A DNA stretch of 64,000 nt, taken from positions 21,018,001 through 21,082,000 of the forward strand of contig NC_043007.1 in NCBI RefSeq assembly GCF_006345805.1, given 5' to 3'. This stretch comes from Octopus sinensis. Lineage: Eukaryota. The position numbers and the translations under genes are program-made. Of the stretch, positions 10,253 through 20,726 are shown one piece after another. Position 1 is the stretch's first letter; each line of letters starts with the position of its first letter. The notes under the pieces were generated by a model that saw nothing but the letters and a program-made list of their open reading frames with translations, made no database searches and had not been told where the DNA came from.

Positions 10253-12648
10253 TTAATAATTGTAGCAGTTCCGCAGCTGCTAGCTGTGTTATTCCTTCGG
10301 CAATAGCTGACAGCACCAGCGTTAACAAAATGATAGGTTCTTCGTCCGTCTCTTTCGTAAGCGATTCCTTCTTCAAACCTGTCTTCTTCGATTCCTTCCT
10401 CTCTGCTATGGCAAAGGTTGTAGGGTCGTTGTTGTTGCTGCTGTTGCTGTAGATGCTGTTGCTGTTGTTGTTGCTGCTGTTGTAGCTGTAGTTGTTGCAG
10501 TTGTTGGTGGTGTTTACAGTTGTAGTGTTCCTGCGATTGATATTGGGGAAAAGTAAAGTGTCGGATTTGTTGTTGCTGGTTGTAGCGTTGACGGAAGAGG
10601 CTGAGGTGTTGGTCGTTAACGTCGCCGACACCTCCTCGGTCGCCATTTTGTGGATCGGGCGGCGCAGAAATACGCCGTTGGTCGGCTGCAATGGCCGGGC
10701 TGTGGTGCCGTTGTTGGATGATACTACTACTCTGTGGCGGCTGCGGCTGCGGTGGCGAATCGTTGTTCCCTTTGCTTCTCCTGCTACAGTTGAAACACCC
10801 TTCTCTGGCGCTGCCGGGCTCACCCCTCGCCGCTGGAATGAGCTGCTGCACGTACACGGGAGAGGAAGAGACGAACGACCTCAGTGGCAGTGGTTGCGGG
10901 GGAGACGGGAGGTGGAACCGCGACGGGAAAGTGTGCTGACGACGATGATGATGATGATGATGATTATGCTGCTGCTGTTGCTGTTGGTGATGATGTTGAT
11001 GATGTTGATGGTGATGATGGTATTTGTGACTGTGGTTGTCAGGGTGTAGTAACTGCAGTTGAGGGGGTTCTGTTGTGTTCTGCTGCTGCTGCAGTCTGGG
11101 GGAAAGCTCCTCCTTGGGTAGTGGTACAACCTTCACCGTAAACTGTGGAGATCCCACAACACTGCTGGAATTAGAATTGGAATAGTAATAGCAGCGTTGT
11201 TGATGGTGGTGGTGGCGACCGTGGTGGGTCGTTGGTAATTTCTGATGAGTAGCAAAAGTGGTATCCTGTCTCTCAGGTTGCTGATGTTGTTGTTGCTGCT
11301 GCTGCTGCTGTTGGTATTGCTGAAGGGGACGGGGGAGAATTCTGTGGCAACTGTGTGACAGTGGAGGCGGCGGCGGCGGCGGGTGGTGGTGGTGGTGGTA
11401 AATGACTTGTGGACTGTTACTGCTACTGCTGCTACTATTGTTACTGTTACTGCTGCTATTGTTGTTGCTACTACTGCTGCTACCACTACTACTGTTACTG
11501 GTGATGCCGTAGCTACTGCTGTTGCTACAACTACTACTACCGCTGCTACTACTACTGCTGCTACTACTCAGATCGTCACTAAGGTAACTACTAATGTTGT
11601 GCTTGGTGACTGTATTTCCACAATGACTACTGCTGCTGTTCGTACTACCACAGCAGCTACCACATCGGTTGACCGTCAGATGCGATGTGTTGGGATGGCA
11701 ATAGTAATGGTAGCGTAGATCGTTAGAGTTCCTGCAACCGGGATCAGACGAAGGGGACACACCTAGACGTCTTCCACTTCCTCCTAATAGTATCTTGGCT
11801 CTGACACTGCTGCCGCTGCTGCTGATGTTTCTCCGACTTCCTGCCCAGCTGCTGCTGCTGTTACTGCTGCTGCCGCTGCTGCTGCTGCTGCTCGGGGCTC
11901 TATGAATGATCACCTTACTAGAATTAATATCCTCCTCTAGTCTTCTTCGGCTTCTGGCCGTTTTCCTCAATTCCCTCACTGGATCGCGTGTGGTTTTCTT
12001 CGATGGTCGGCGCTGGCTGCCAGCATTAGTAATAACATTTCTCAGATCTGCTCTGTCTCCGCCACGCCTCCACAACCCGACCACAGAGGAAGAACGACGC
12101 TTGTTTACCGTTTCTTCTTCTTCTTGTTGTTGTTGTGTCGCCGATTCCAAAGTCGGTCTCAGTGATATCGGAGACAACGATGGCAGAGCCAACACTATTT
12201 TCTCATGGGCTGGGTTCGACAAAGAACTCGTACACACACCGCTATCGCAACTTTTACTACACTTAACCACTTTACCATTATTGATGCCACTGTTACTCCC
12301 AGTTGTTCTGCCACTGCTTCTGCTGCCACTACCGTTATTGCAACTTGTCAATGTGGTAGCTTCTTCTTCTTCTGCTTCTCCAATTGAATTTCCGGAGACG
12401 GTTGTTACTCTGGAACAGACAATGTGACTAATGCTTGCGGAATCTGAAGATGCGTCTTCTCGATACGCAATAGATGTCGGCTTCTGGTCATCGAAGTTCA
12501 TGTTATGGGCTGCATTTGAGAGATTAGTGCCAACCGCGTTAATTGTTTGGTTTTCAGAGGCTACATTTAATAATAAAGGACGCAGGTGACGAAGACCGAA
12601 TGTGTCGCAGCCCCAGAAGCCTCCTCCTCTCCTTTCTTTTAGTGCCAT
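9928..12648 (-). CDS. DYRK2: 906-codon ATG-initiated low-complexity ORF (Ser/Gln/His/Asn/Pro runs); probable N-terminal part of the DYRK gene, out of frame with the kinase in this sequence
   Basis: True ATG at 12648. Same strand, GC content and CAA/CAG/AGC repeat style as the kinase exon, which it overlaps at 9931-10252. Joining requires a -1 shift. Confidence 0.65.
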   Translation of the reverse strand: MALKERRGGGFWGCDTFGLRHLRPLLLNVASENQTINAVGTNLSNAAHNMNFDDQKPTSIAYREDASSDSASISHIVCSRVTTVSGNSIGEAEEEEATTLTSCNNGSGSRSSGRTTGSNSGINNGKVVKCSKSCDSGVCTSSLSNPAHEKIVLALPSLSPISLRPTLESATQQQQEEEETVNKRRSSSVVGLWRRGGDRADLRNVITNAGSQRRPSKKTTRDPVRELRKTARSRRRLEEDINSSKVIIHRAPSSSSSSGSSSNSSSSWAGSRRNISSSGSSVRAKILLGGSGRRLGVSPSSDPGCRNSNDLRYHYYCHPNTSHLTVNRCGSCCGSTNSSSSHCGNTVTKHNISSYLSDDLSSSSSSSSSGSSSCSNSSSYGITSNSSSGSSSSSNNNSSSNSNNSSSSSSNSPQVIYHHHHHPPPPPPPLSHSCHRILPRPLQQYQQQQQQQQQHQQPERQDTTFATHQKLPTTHHGRHHHHQQRCYYYSNSNSSSVVGSPQFTVKVVPLPKEELSPRLQQQQNTTEPPQLQLLHPDNHSHKYHHHHQHHQHHHQQQQQQHNHHHHHHRRQHTFPSRFHLPSPPQPLPLRSFVSSSPVYVQQLIPAARGEPGSAREGCFNCSRRSKGNNDSPPQPQPPQSSSIIQQRHHSPAIAADQRRISAPPDPQNGDRGGVGDVNDQHLSLFRQRYNQQQQIRHFTFPQYQSQEHYNCKHHQQLQQLQLQQQQQQQQQHLQQQQQQQRPYNLCHSREEGIEEDRFEEGIAYERDGRRTYHFVNAGAVSYCRRNNTASSCGTATIINTLPASTTATKSEILQPLSQFILYVQRSTLPVRLEPEPSPSAQTSPRPAISVTTLLKVFLCTFCRHHRHHLLPTVAPPSPLVAPPSQTLPPPQQTPSTMSVLTTTTTI

Positions 12649-13160
12649 TCTTGGTGCAGCTATAGTTTTATTTGCGTCACTCTTTCCAGGCCTCTACACG
12701 ACAGCACAGACCTGCATCTTTGCACAAGTTAATCGTTTCGTCATTTCTCTTTTACATTTCTTTGCGTCTCTCTTTCTCTCTCTCTCTTTTTCTCTCTTTT
12801 TTTATTTCCTTTCGTTTCTAAACACATTCTCTTTCGTCTCCTCTCTTGCCTCAAAATGCCTCCTACTCTGCTATTCCTTCCACTCCTACTTTTATTATAT
12901 TCCTCATTTCTCAGTTGCTTCCCTGCTATTCTTCAATATCTCATGTTTTACATTGTTCCCCCCCTCCTTCTTCCCATTCTCTCTCTCTCTCTCTCTCTCT
13001 CCCTTTCTTTCACTTCTTCCTCTTATTCTCTTCATATTTCTTATTTACTTCCAACATCATTATCATATTCACTCCCTTTTTATTTGCCTTGTTTTATCCC
13101 TATCCCCTTTTAACCCAGTGTCTGTCTAATTATTCTGACCATTTCTCTCCCGATCCTTCG
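12649..13160 (-). other. Purine-rich (GA-repeat) probable 5' UTR/leader upstream of the DYRK ATG
   Basis: Long CT-rich tract on the + strand directly upstream of the ATG at 12648; position only. Confidence 0.3.
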
Positions 13161-14261
13161 CTTTAGGAAAAACATCGATGCTCTGAAATATTTCGTCAGT
13201 CACCCATTAGAAGAACTTTTATGGATTTTTTTTTCCCCTCTAGGTTCATTTACATTCTTGTTCCTTAAACCCTTCTCTCAACATGCAGATCACTGAATTT
13301 TCAATCGGAACTACACCCACAGATATGTGTTGGTGACGGAAAGGGGGACAAGAAGACACGTTGGAATTTTTTGAAAGGATAGAAATATGTGGAATTTATT
13401 ATATATGAATAACTAAATTTACCAATTCATTCTCACTCCATTATTTCACTTTGCAGTGACCTATGAAATTTAATATTTAGTTTAGGAAATCTAAGATTTA
13501 CACAGATATCAGTTGATGAAATCAAATAAGTTTATGCTGTTAAATTTAATTGTAAATTAAGTAGTAAATAGTAAAATTCCTATATATTCTGCTCGTTTAA
13601 AATTTTATAAAACATGAAGGATTTTTATTATTTTTCTGTTCTTGCAATTTATGTATGTGTGTGCATTTTTTTTTCAATTAGTATTGAGCAGAGGAATTTT
13701 TGGTATTTTTTTTTTTTACATGGCTCTTATAGACCTAAGAATAGAAATTGATATGGTTTAAGGTTCAGTGTGGATTTTTTTAAAGTTATTAAATGGAGGA
13801 AAAATTTGGGTTATTTTAAAGGCTTGGAAAATATTTAGTGTTTGCTCTGGTGACTCAGAAAAACTGGGTAGGTCACAGGAAGATGAATACATTGAGTGGG
13901 TTTAGCAGGGTACATTGAGTGGGTTCAATCAGTTAGTTTATGTTAATCATTGCAATACATGTTAAAGAGACAAGAGTGGAGACAGAGGACAATGGTAGGC
14001 AAATATCTGTGTAGTTAAGAAGGTCCATCTTACAGCTACATGGTTCTTTGTTTGACCCCATTCCATGGCACTTTGAACAAGTGTTTTCTATCATACCCTT
14101 TGGGTTGATCAGTGACTCATGAGTGAAATTTGGCAAAGAGAACCTGAGTGAGTGTCGGTCATGTGAGTGCATATATGTGTACTACTCTTTTACTTGTTTT
14201 AGTCATTTGACTGTGGCCATGCTGGAGCACCGCCTTTAGGGGTATTATATGTATATATACT

Positions 14262-14507
14262 GAAACCAAGGTACCTTGTAAAAAGCATTGGTTTTGGTGC
14301 TGGTTCTACGTAAAAAGCACTGGTGATGGTGCCACATAAAAAGTACCCAGTGCACTCTGTAGTGGTGGGTGCTAGGAAGAGTATCCAGCTGTAGAATCCA
14401 AGTCAAAACCAAATATAGAAACTGGTGCTGCCCCTGGCCTTACCAGCTCTTCTGTCAAGCTGTCCCACCCATGCCAGCATGGAAAATGGACGTTAAAGGA
14501 TGATGAA
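14262..14507 (+). mobile_element. RTE-LINE 3' UTR fragment (family C), degenerate
   Basis: gtaaaaagcac sub-repeats, aggaag.gcatccagctgtag, and the cccatgccagcatggaa...gatgatga terminus. Confidence 0.75.
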
Positions 14508-14804
14508 TATATATATACATCCCATCACAGAGTGTGCGCTCCTGCCCCCTATACAGGCTTATGCAGCAGACTCAAAAGTGTCATCCCCTTAAAAGCATCA
14601 CCTGAGGTGGACTGGCTCCTTACCAGCTCTCTAGCTATGCTACTATATAGGCCAGTATATTCAAACATAAATACCTTGTGGTATTTAATCCCCTGTTACA
14701 CTGACAGTCGCTTGCTATTTTTGCCATTTGAAATGCAGTGACTAGTCCAAGAAAGCTTATAACCAATGAACTTTGTTCATAAAATGCATGATATAAAATT
14801 AAAA

Positions 14805-15152
14805 GGAGAGCACTCAGAGAGTGCAAACCTCCACCAAGGGAACACCAATGTCCTCACAACGATTAACCAGAGATGATTTTTAAAATGAGAATATCTGAAA
14901 TAAACTTGACTGCTCTCACAAACGAGAATACTAAGAATGAACCTGATCGCTCTCAAAAATTAAGTAAAAATCAGGAAAAATAATTCAGAATCCTTGTCTG
15001 GATTGATCCCAAAATCTAATGAGTTTGTGCCAGTCATGAGGCCAAACATCCCTGAAAGTTTTATCCAAATCCATCCAGCAGTACTTGAGATATCTTGTCC
15101 ACAGACACACAACTGAAAACAATACCTCCACCTCCTCCAAGGCAGAGGTAAT
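14805..15152 (+). mobile_element. Non-autonomous DNA element, Helentron/HINE-like
   Basis: aaacctccacc near the 5' end and a terminal hairpin acctccacct...aggcagaggt near the 3' end; the class is an inference. Confidence 0.4.
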
Positions 15153-15689
15153 AAGTAGATGGTGAGTGAAGTTGATCAGAGTTGGTGGAGGAGCTACTCA
15201 GAAGATTAGAAAAGGTATTAAAACTGTTGCGCTTGTGACAAAAATGGTACTTTATCATGTCTTGAAACACCACAGGTGGTGATCAGGCTAAATGGCTACC
15301 TGTTGAAAATAATTTGAATAACATGCTTGACTATCAAGAGTGTACACTCCTGTCCTTCAAGTACATTTTGGCTCATGGGCTATTGTTACAAAAATTAGAG
15401 GTGTTGTGAAGTGCCCTGCTCAGGCAAGGCTTTGGAAAGGCCACCTTGATATATGTGACTTTGGGAAAGCTGCCTTGATATATGTGACAACAATAGCCTT
15501 GGATATCCTAGAAATCAAAGTGGGTGGTACCATACTGCAGGAATATGAAATAGTATTAGAAGCATGCATTAAGAAGGACAAGCCAGTGGTATTGCAACTC
15601 AGCACCTGGAGGATTCCACATTGAGCCATGCTATGGGTCACTGAACTGACAGTTCTTTGCAAGATGCTTGGTGTCTGGTTCAAGTTACA

Positions 15690-15950
15690 CTTCCAGGAGA
15701 CAGGAACTGGGACGATGCTTCAAGTATTGGCCAGTCTCAATAAGAAATGGGTTGAAAGGTCGGGCAGAAGTAGCAAATGCATACATCACCTCAATCATTT
15801 ATAAGCACCTGATTGTTCAGTTTCCATCTGATCAGATTGGAGTATGATGCTATGTTTCTTGGAGAAGGAATGCATCAGAAAGTGCATCTACTACAAACAC
15901 TATCTGCACAAAGAACTTGATATACTGTGGTGGCTGGTGATGTGCCAAGA
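15690..15950 (+). pseudogene. Highly degenerate L1/Tx1-like ORF2 remnant
   Basis: Reading LKGRAEVANAYITSII, which resembles the Tx1 ORF2 segment after the RT domain. Confidence 0.35.
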
Positions 15951-15990
15951 TAGTGGACTCTGCAGAGTTTTCAGGGTTGATGAGCAGATG

Positions 15991-16302
15991 TAAAAAAACA
16001 TCGCCCTTTTCAAGCCTAGCCAGGTTCATGGGCCTGGTTTCTCAGTTTCTGTGGTGTATGTGTTCCCCCAGCTGGACGGGACGCCAGTCTATCGCAGCGT
16101 TACTCAAGAAACAGGAAGAACAAGTGAGAGAAAGATGGGGCAAAAGAGTACAACAGGGGTCGTCACCACCCCCTGCCAGAGCCTCATGGAGCTTTTAGGT
16201 GGTTTTGCTTAATAAACACACACAACACCCGGTCTAGGAATCGAAACCACGATCCTCCGACCGCGAGTCCGCTGCCCTAACCACTGGGCCATTGCGCCTC
16301 CA
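15991..16302 (-). mobile_element. Full-length tRNA-derived SINE (family D) with 13-bp TSD
   Basis: Minus-strand head tggaggcgcaatggcccagtggttagg...ggtttcgattcc (A and B boxes). TSD TGATGAGCAGATG at 15978-15990 and 16303-16315. Confidence 0.9.
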
Positions 16303-16597
16303 TGATGAGCAGATGCAGTCATTGTTTATCAGATATGTCACCCCATATGGCGGTGCCCCAGCATGGCCACAGCTCGTGAGCTGAAACTAGATAAAATCTA
16401 AAAAAATATATATAAATATATCTTGTCAGACATTTGAAATGTTGCAAGTTCTCTCAGTTCTCAAGAAATATGATCAATAATATAATTAATATTTGCATTC
16501 TGCAGGGAACTAAGCAAGAGCAAGAACATTCTTGGAGAGATGCTTGTCACCAAATGTCAACTGAAGAGTTTGTTCCAGAGGGCTTTCTGCCCAGAGA

Positions 16598-17006
16598 CTT
16601 TTTACTCTTTTACTTGTTTCAGTCTTTTGACTGCGGCCATACTGGAGCACCGCCTTTAGTCGAGCAACTCGACCCCGGGACTTATTCTTTTGTAAGCCCA
16701 GTACTTATTCTATTGGTCTCTTTTGCCGAACCGCTAAGTGACGGGGACGTAAACACACCAGCATCGGTTGTCAAGCAATGCTAGGGGACAAACACCACAG
16801 ACACACAACACACCACACACATTATATAATATATACATATATACGACAGGCTTCTTTCAGTTTCCGTCTACCAAACCACTCACAAGGCATTGGTCGGCCC
16901 CCGGGGCTATAGCAGAAGACACTTGCCCAAGATGCCATGCAGTGGGACTGAACCCGGAACCATGTGGTTGGTTAGCAAGCTACTTACCACACAGCCACTC
17001 CTGCGC
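16598..17006 (-). mobile_element. Full-length tRNA-derived SINE family A (internal TA/TG microsatellite; tail gactgaaacaagtaaaagag)
   Basis: Aligns by eye with the + copy at 46051-46448: tRNA-like head gagtggctgtgtggtaag...ggttcagtccc and ccttgggcaagt core. Confidence 0.9.
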
Positions 17007-17009
17007 GGA

Positions 17010-17720
17010 GAAATTTCAGCTGTCTCTTGCTTTGCAATTATGCAAGACTTCACAGTCCATCATAGCATTACGGAGGTCCTGTTGCTGGATGCCTGTATCC
17101 CTGGAGATTAAATCAGGGTAGGAGAGTGTGCGCCCTCTGGTATCACAAGTAGATGGCTTCCAGAGGAGAAGAGTAGAAATTACCTCGTTTTCAGCTCTAC
17201 AACAATGTCCAGCAAACTGGACTCTTCTACCTTTCACAAGAGATGATACAGGTGGTAGTTTCCCATATAACTACATCAGATAGATCTATTGGACAAACAT
17301 GTTGAGAGATGGAACTATTCTCTGGACACTTGTCAAATGTCTGAGCATTATTGAGTCATGAATTTATGTTAAACAACTGTTGCTGTGTAAGATAAATGTA
17401 TTGACCAAGTCCATTGGTCAATAGTGGGATCATCCCACTAACTTCTTTTAGCCTGAAAGGGCAAAACTTTCTTCTGTCTTCAAATTATTGTAATAGAGGT
17501 TGTATTAGTAGACAAATCTGAGAGGACTGAAGACAGATTCTTACCTCTTCAGTCAAATCCTTCATCACCTTATTTCAAGTCTCACTTTCAGAAAATTTTC
17601 CAAAAGGCAGGTGAGAGTGGCAAGTGTATGGGTCTGTTCTCAGCATATTCCTGTAAACTGAAGAACACAGCTAGGAGTGGGTACTAAGAACAAACGGTTA
17701 TCTCTGGGACTAAAAACTAT
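17010..17720 (-). pseudogene. Degenerate RTE-clade (RTE-X-like) LINE ORF C-terminal remnant
   Basis: Minus-strand PPVSSLVKGRRVQFAGHCCRAENEVISTLLLWKPS...RGRTLSYPDLISRDTG matches the RR.RFAGH...LW.P...RGR pattern of RTE C-termini. Confidence 0.6.
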
Positions 17721-17984
17721 CTGTGATCTGCATAATTTATCCCAGTCACATCTAATCTGTCACAAAATGAAGAAATTATTTTTTTTATCATCATCATCAT
17801 CATCATCATTCAATGGTCATGATTGACCACCTCATCCCATGTCTTCTTGGGAGCTGGTAGAAATGTGCAACGACCTCACTCAGATGTTTTTTCACATGCC
17901 ACCATCACAAGTGCTAGTAAGGCAATGCAGGTAACGATCATGCTCGAATGGTGTTTTTAACATGCCATCGGTACTTAAAATTCT

Positions 17985-18095
17985 GTTGACTGTTCTTTGA
18001 GCCACTTCTTCACTACAGTTTTCACTTCCTCATCACTGGAATAATGTTTGCCTCTCAAACCATCTTTCATGGGGTCAAAGAGATGATAGTCCAGT
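17985..18095 (-). pseudogene. Mariner transposase C-terminal fragment
   Basis: Minus-strand DYHLFDPMKDGLRGKHYSSDEEVKTVVKKWLKEQST, the mariner DYHLF motif region. Confidence 0.75.
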
Positions 18096-18142
18096 GACAA
18101 AGAAGTGAAAACTCTACTGAAGTGGCTCAAAGAACTGTCAAC

Positions 18143-18282
18143 TTAGCAGTTCGACAAAAGGGACTGATAGAATAAGTACTAGGCTTACAAAGAAAAAGTC
18201 CCGGGGTTGATTTGCTCAACTAAAGGCGGTGCTCCAGCATGGCCACAGTCAAATGACTGAAACAAGTAAAACAGTAAAAGAG
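18143..18282 (+). mobile_element. 5'-truncated SINE A
   Basis: Family A 3' half and tail. Confidence 0.85.
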
Positions 18283-18898
18283 TAACTATTTCTAACTGAA
18301 TCCTCTTCACCTTTCATTTTCCCCCTAAAAACGCTTCATCAACTGCCCTATTTTTCCTGTCAGGTACTTTATATCCCTAATTTAGCTGAAGACATTTATA
18401 TTCTCATACTTTTGGTATTTTTCATCACTGATTAGTTTTTAAGGCTACCGAGTTTTTTTGGGGTTTTTTTTTGTTTCATTTTATTTTATTTTTCTCATTA
18501 TTTTTATCTCATTTTCTTAAGCAATTTTCTTTTCTTTCCAACTTCAAATTTATACCAGCATGGATATTCACAAAGTTAGTCACTTATTTTTCCTTTCGTT
18601 ATATCTTCTTCCCTTTTCACCTTTTCTTTTCCTTTCTTTCTTTCTTTCTTTTTTTTTCTTTCACTTCTCTAGTGCTCTCTCTCTGCTCTCAACATAATCT
18701 TGTGTTGACATCATATCAGATCACTTGCATTATCAAGAAATCCTTCAACACCGAATTCACTTTTGCATTCATTTCTAAAACTAACAAATTGATTGGCCTC
18801 ATCTGTTCAAAGAATTTGGGTAAATGAACACACCTCCAATGATTTATTTCTTTATCATTATTATCATCATCATCATCATCCTCATCATTATTATTATA

Positions 18899-18928
<30 letters not shown>

Positions 18929-18930
<2 letters not shown>

Positions 18931-18962
18931 TCGTTTAATATCTGCTTTCCATGCTAGCATGG

Positions 18963-19016
<54 letters not shown>

Positions 19017-19243
19017 TTATTCATCGTTTAATATCTGCTTTCCATGCTAGCATGGGTTATTATTAATTATTATTATTATTATTATTATTATTATTTCTTA
19101 TATTATTATTCATCGTTTAATATCTGCTTTCCATGCTAGCATGGGTTATTATTATTATTATTATTATATTATTATTCTATTATTATTATTATTATGATTA
19201 TTATTATTCATCGTTTAATATCTGCTTTCCATGCTAGCATGGT

Positions 19244-19275
<32 letters not shown>

Positions 19276-19339
19276 ATTATTATTATTATATTATATTATT
19301 ATTATCGTTTAATATCTGCTTTCCATGCTAGCTACATGG

Positions 19340-19395
<56 letters not shown>

Positions 19396-19434
19396 TTCAT
19401 CGTTTAATATCTGCTTTCCTGCTAGCATGGGTTA

Positions 19435-19469
<35 letters not shown>

Positions 19470-19526
19470 TTATTATTATTATTATTATTATTCATCGTTT
19501 AATATCTGCTTTCCATGCTAGCATGG

Positions 19527-19594
<68 letters not shown>

Positions 19595-19626
19595 TCGTTT
19601 AATATCTGCTTTCCATGCTAGCATGG

Positions 19627-19679
<53 letters not shown>

Positions 19680-19711
19680 TCGTTTAATATCTGCTTTCCA
19701 TGCTAGCATGG

Positions 19712-19714
<3 letters not shown>
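18929..19714 (-). repeat. Tandem array: 9 copies of a ~36-bp RTE 3'-terminal unit separated by variable (ATT)n
   Basis: Unit CATCGTTTAATATCTGCTTTCCATGCTAGCATGGGTT at about 18929, 19022, 19111, 19209, 19304, 19398, 19493, 19593 and 19678. Confidence 0.9.
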
Positions 19715-19766
<52 letters not shown>

Positions 19767-19984
19767 TCATTATCATCATTATTATTATATTATTATTATT
19801 ATCATCATTATCATCATCGTTATTATTATCCTCATCATTATTATTATTACCATTATCATTTGAGGTGCACCTGAGCACTGTATACAATAATTTCATTATT
19901 ATTATTATATATTATTATTATTGTTATTATTATCCTCATTATTATTATTATTATTACTAGTAGTAGTATTGGTGGTGGTGGTTT

Positions 19985-20023
<39 letters not shown>

Positions 20024-20726
20024 CAGCAGCAGCAGTAGTACTTGAAGACAACACAAATGATTGCCTTTCATTTCATTCCCGAATCTCACTGAATTTTTCT
20101 TCTCCCATTTGCCATTTCCACCCCCCACCCCACCCCCACGTGTGTCCCCCTCATCCCACCCACACCCACCCTCATGCTGTGCATTCTGCATGAAGCTTAG
20201 GGAACCTCCACATTCCTGTTACACTTCGTCATTCTCCCGTTCTGTTCTTTCTCGGCAGCTTTAGCAGCAGGGTTATTCTGCTACTGGTGACAGCATCACT
20301 TGCTGTTGTGGCCCTTGTTGTTGTTGTTATTGTTGTTGTTGCTGTTGTTATTGTTGCTGCTGCTGCAGCTGCTGCTGCTGCTGTTGTTGTTTTTATTGTT
20401 GTTGTTGTTGTTGTTGTCGTCGTCAACCTGTCTTCGTGGCAAAACATCAAATAAACAAACACGATAAAAAGTATTACATAAACAAAAACTCGCTAAACAA
20501 TTTCACTGCCGGGATATGTTTTTCAAATATCTTTCTCGTTAATTAATTAAGGTGGGGTGGGTGGTGGAGGAAAGGAACATAAAAAAAATACAATAACCAT
20601 TAATATCTAGAACTAGTCAATATTAATGTGTGTGTGTGTATGTATTATACTAACATATACATCTCTATATATACACTCTATAATGTACAAATATATAAAT
20701 ATAACAAAATTTATATATGTTTTCTG

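Noticed and set aside
8202-12427. Multiple plus-strand ORFs (up to 185 aa) antisense to DYRK2
   Set aside because: These are shadow ORFs of trinucleotide-rich coding sequence with Val/Leu/Met runs and no domain features.
15340-15683. 94-aa and 87-aa ORFs in non-microsatellite sequence
   Set aside because: No recognisable motif; probably decayed transposon sequence next to the Tx1-like remnant.
16228-16302. tRNA-like sequence with A and B boxes (also the heads of SINE A and B copies)
   Set aside because: There is no complete cloverleaf or acceptor stem, and it continues into a SINE body with a TSD, so it is a SINE head and not a tRNA gene.
18929-19714. CRISPR-like repeat-spacer appearance (36-bp palindromic repeat, regular spacing)
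   Set aside because: The spacers are all (ATT)n rather than unique, there are no cas genes, the context is eukaryotic, and the repeat is the RTE 3' terminus.
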